The notes under the pieces were generated by a model. That model did no database searches and was not told where the DNA came from. It worked only from the letters and a program-made list of their open reading frames with translations. Made by a program: the position numbers and the translations under genes. A stretch of DNA of 64,000 nucleotides. It comes from Rhynchobatus australiae. Taxonomy: Eukaryota. Positions within the stretch are counted from its first letter, which is position 1. Each line of letters opens with the position of its first letter. Positions 63,631 through 64,000 of this stretch are shown piece by piece. Location: assembly GCA_034780895.1 (NCBI GenBank), contig JAUZTB010000017.1, positions 27,517,233 to 27,581,232 on the forward strand, given 5' to 3'.

Positions 63631-64000
63631 GTTCTGCTTTATGCACAGCTTAATTCATGGTAATCATGGGTGAGGTTCCTGCTTTGTTTGATAAGGTACA
63701 TCACATGAAATATTTTGGTCTTCAGATGGATGCTCAATTTAAATTAATGTTAAAATCCATTCTCTGCTTTTTTATGAAAATTACAATCAAGAAGGGCAGA
63801 CTCTATAAAGAGAACAGATAACAGAATCCAAGTTGGAAGCTGTGGGTTGCAGACAATCAGAGAACATTGAAGCTGCCTGAACAACTTGTTGGCACGGATG
63901 AAGTTTAACTGAAATGTAACACACAAAATCAGCACTTGCTGTTTGCTATCACAGTTCTATTTACACAGCCTCAAATACTAAAGAAAGTCATGAGTTATTC

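Overview
Eukaryotic, AT-rich, gap-containing vertebrate genomic DNA, most likely from a cartilaginous fish (ray/shark). That assignment is inferred from the repeat content: V-SINEs, Deu-domain SINEs, CR1/L2 LINEs and Penelope-type ends. The only host gene I can support is a + strand inositol polyphosphate 5-phosphatase A family gene (INPP5A or a paralogue). Four consecutive coding exons (27455-27550, 27633-27707, 42743-42816, 59504-59615) have canonical AG/GT sites and splice in frame to ALCASATMQTIRAADTNQINKLIFRESMNDRK-VVLQLEKKLFDYFNQDVFRQNNGVE-LLEFDRELSVFKDKLSEQEIAFPPS-YPYSEDSNQGKQYMNTRCPSWCDRILLSHLARDLIHK. The rest of the window is probably intronic. It holds decayed transposons (Gypsy gag/protease, Harbinger transposase, CR1, L2, Rex/Babar), SINEs, Penelope-type termini with degenerate hammerhead-ribozyme motifs, and repeat-poor blocks that look like conserved non-coding elements. 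Almost all ORFs in the supplied track are spurious or transposon debris. I found no clear new biological system. The best leads are the paralogue/regulatory-block hypothesis, a ribozyme-bearing foldback hairpin and a tRNA-headed LINE. Repeat family names come from recalled consensus motifs, not a database search, and repeat boundaries are approximate.
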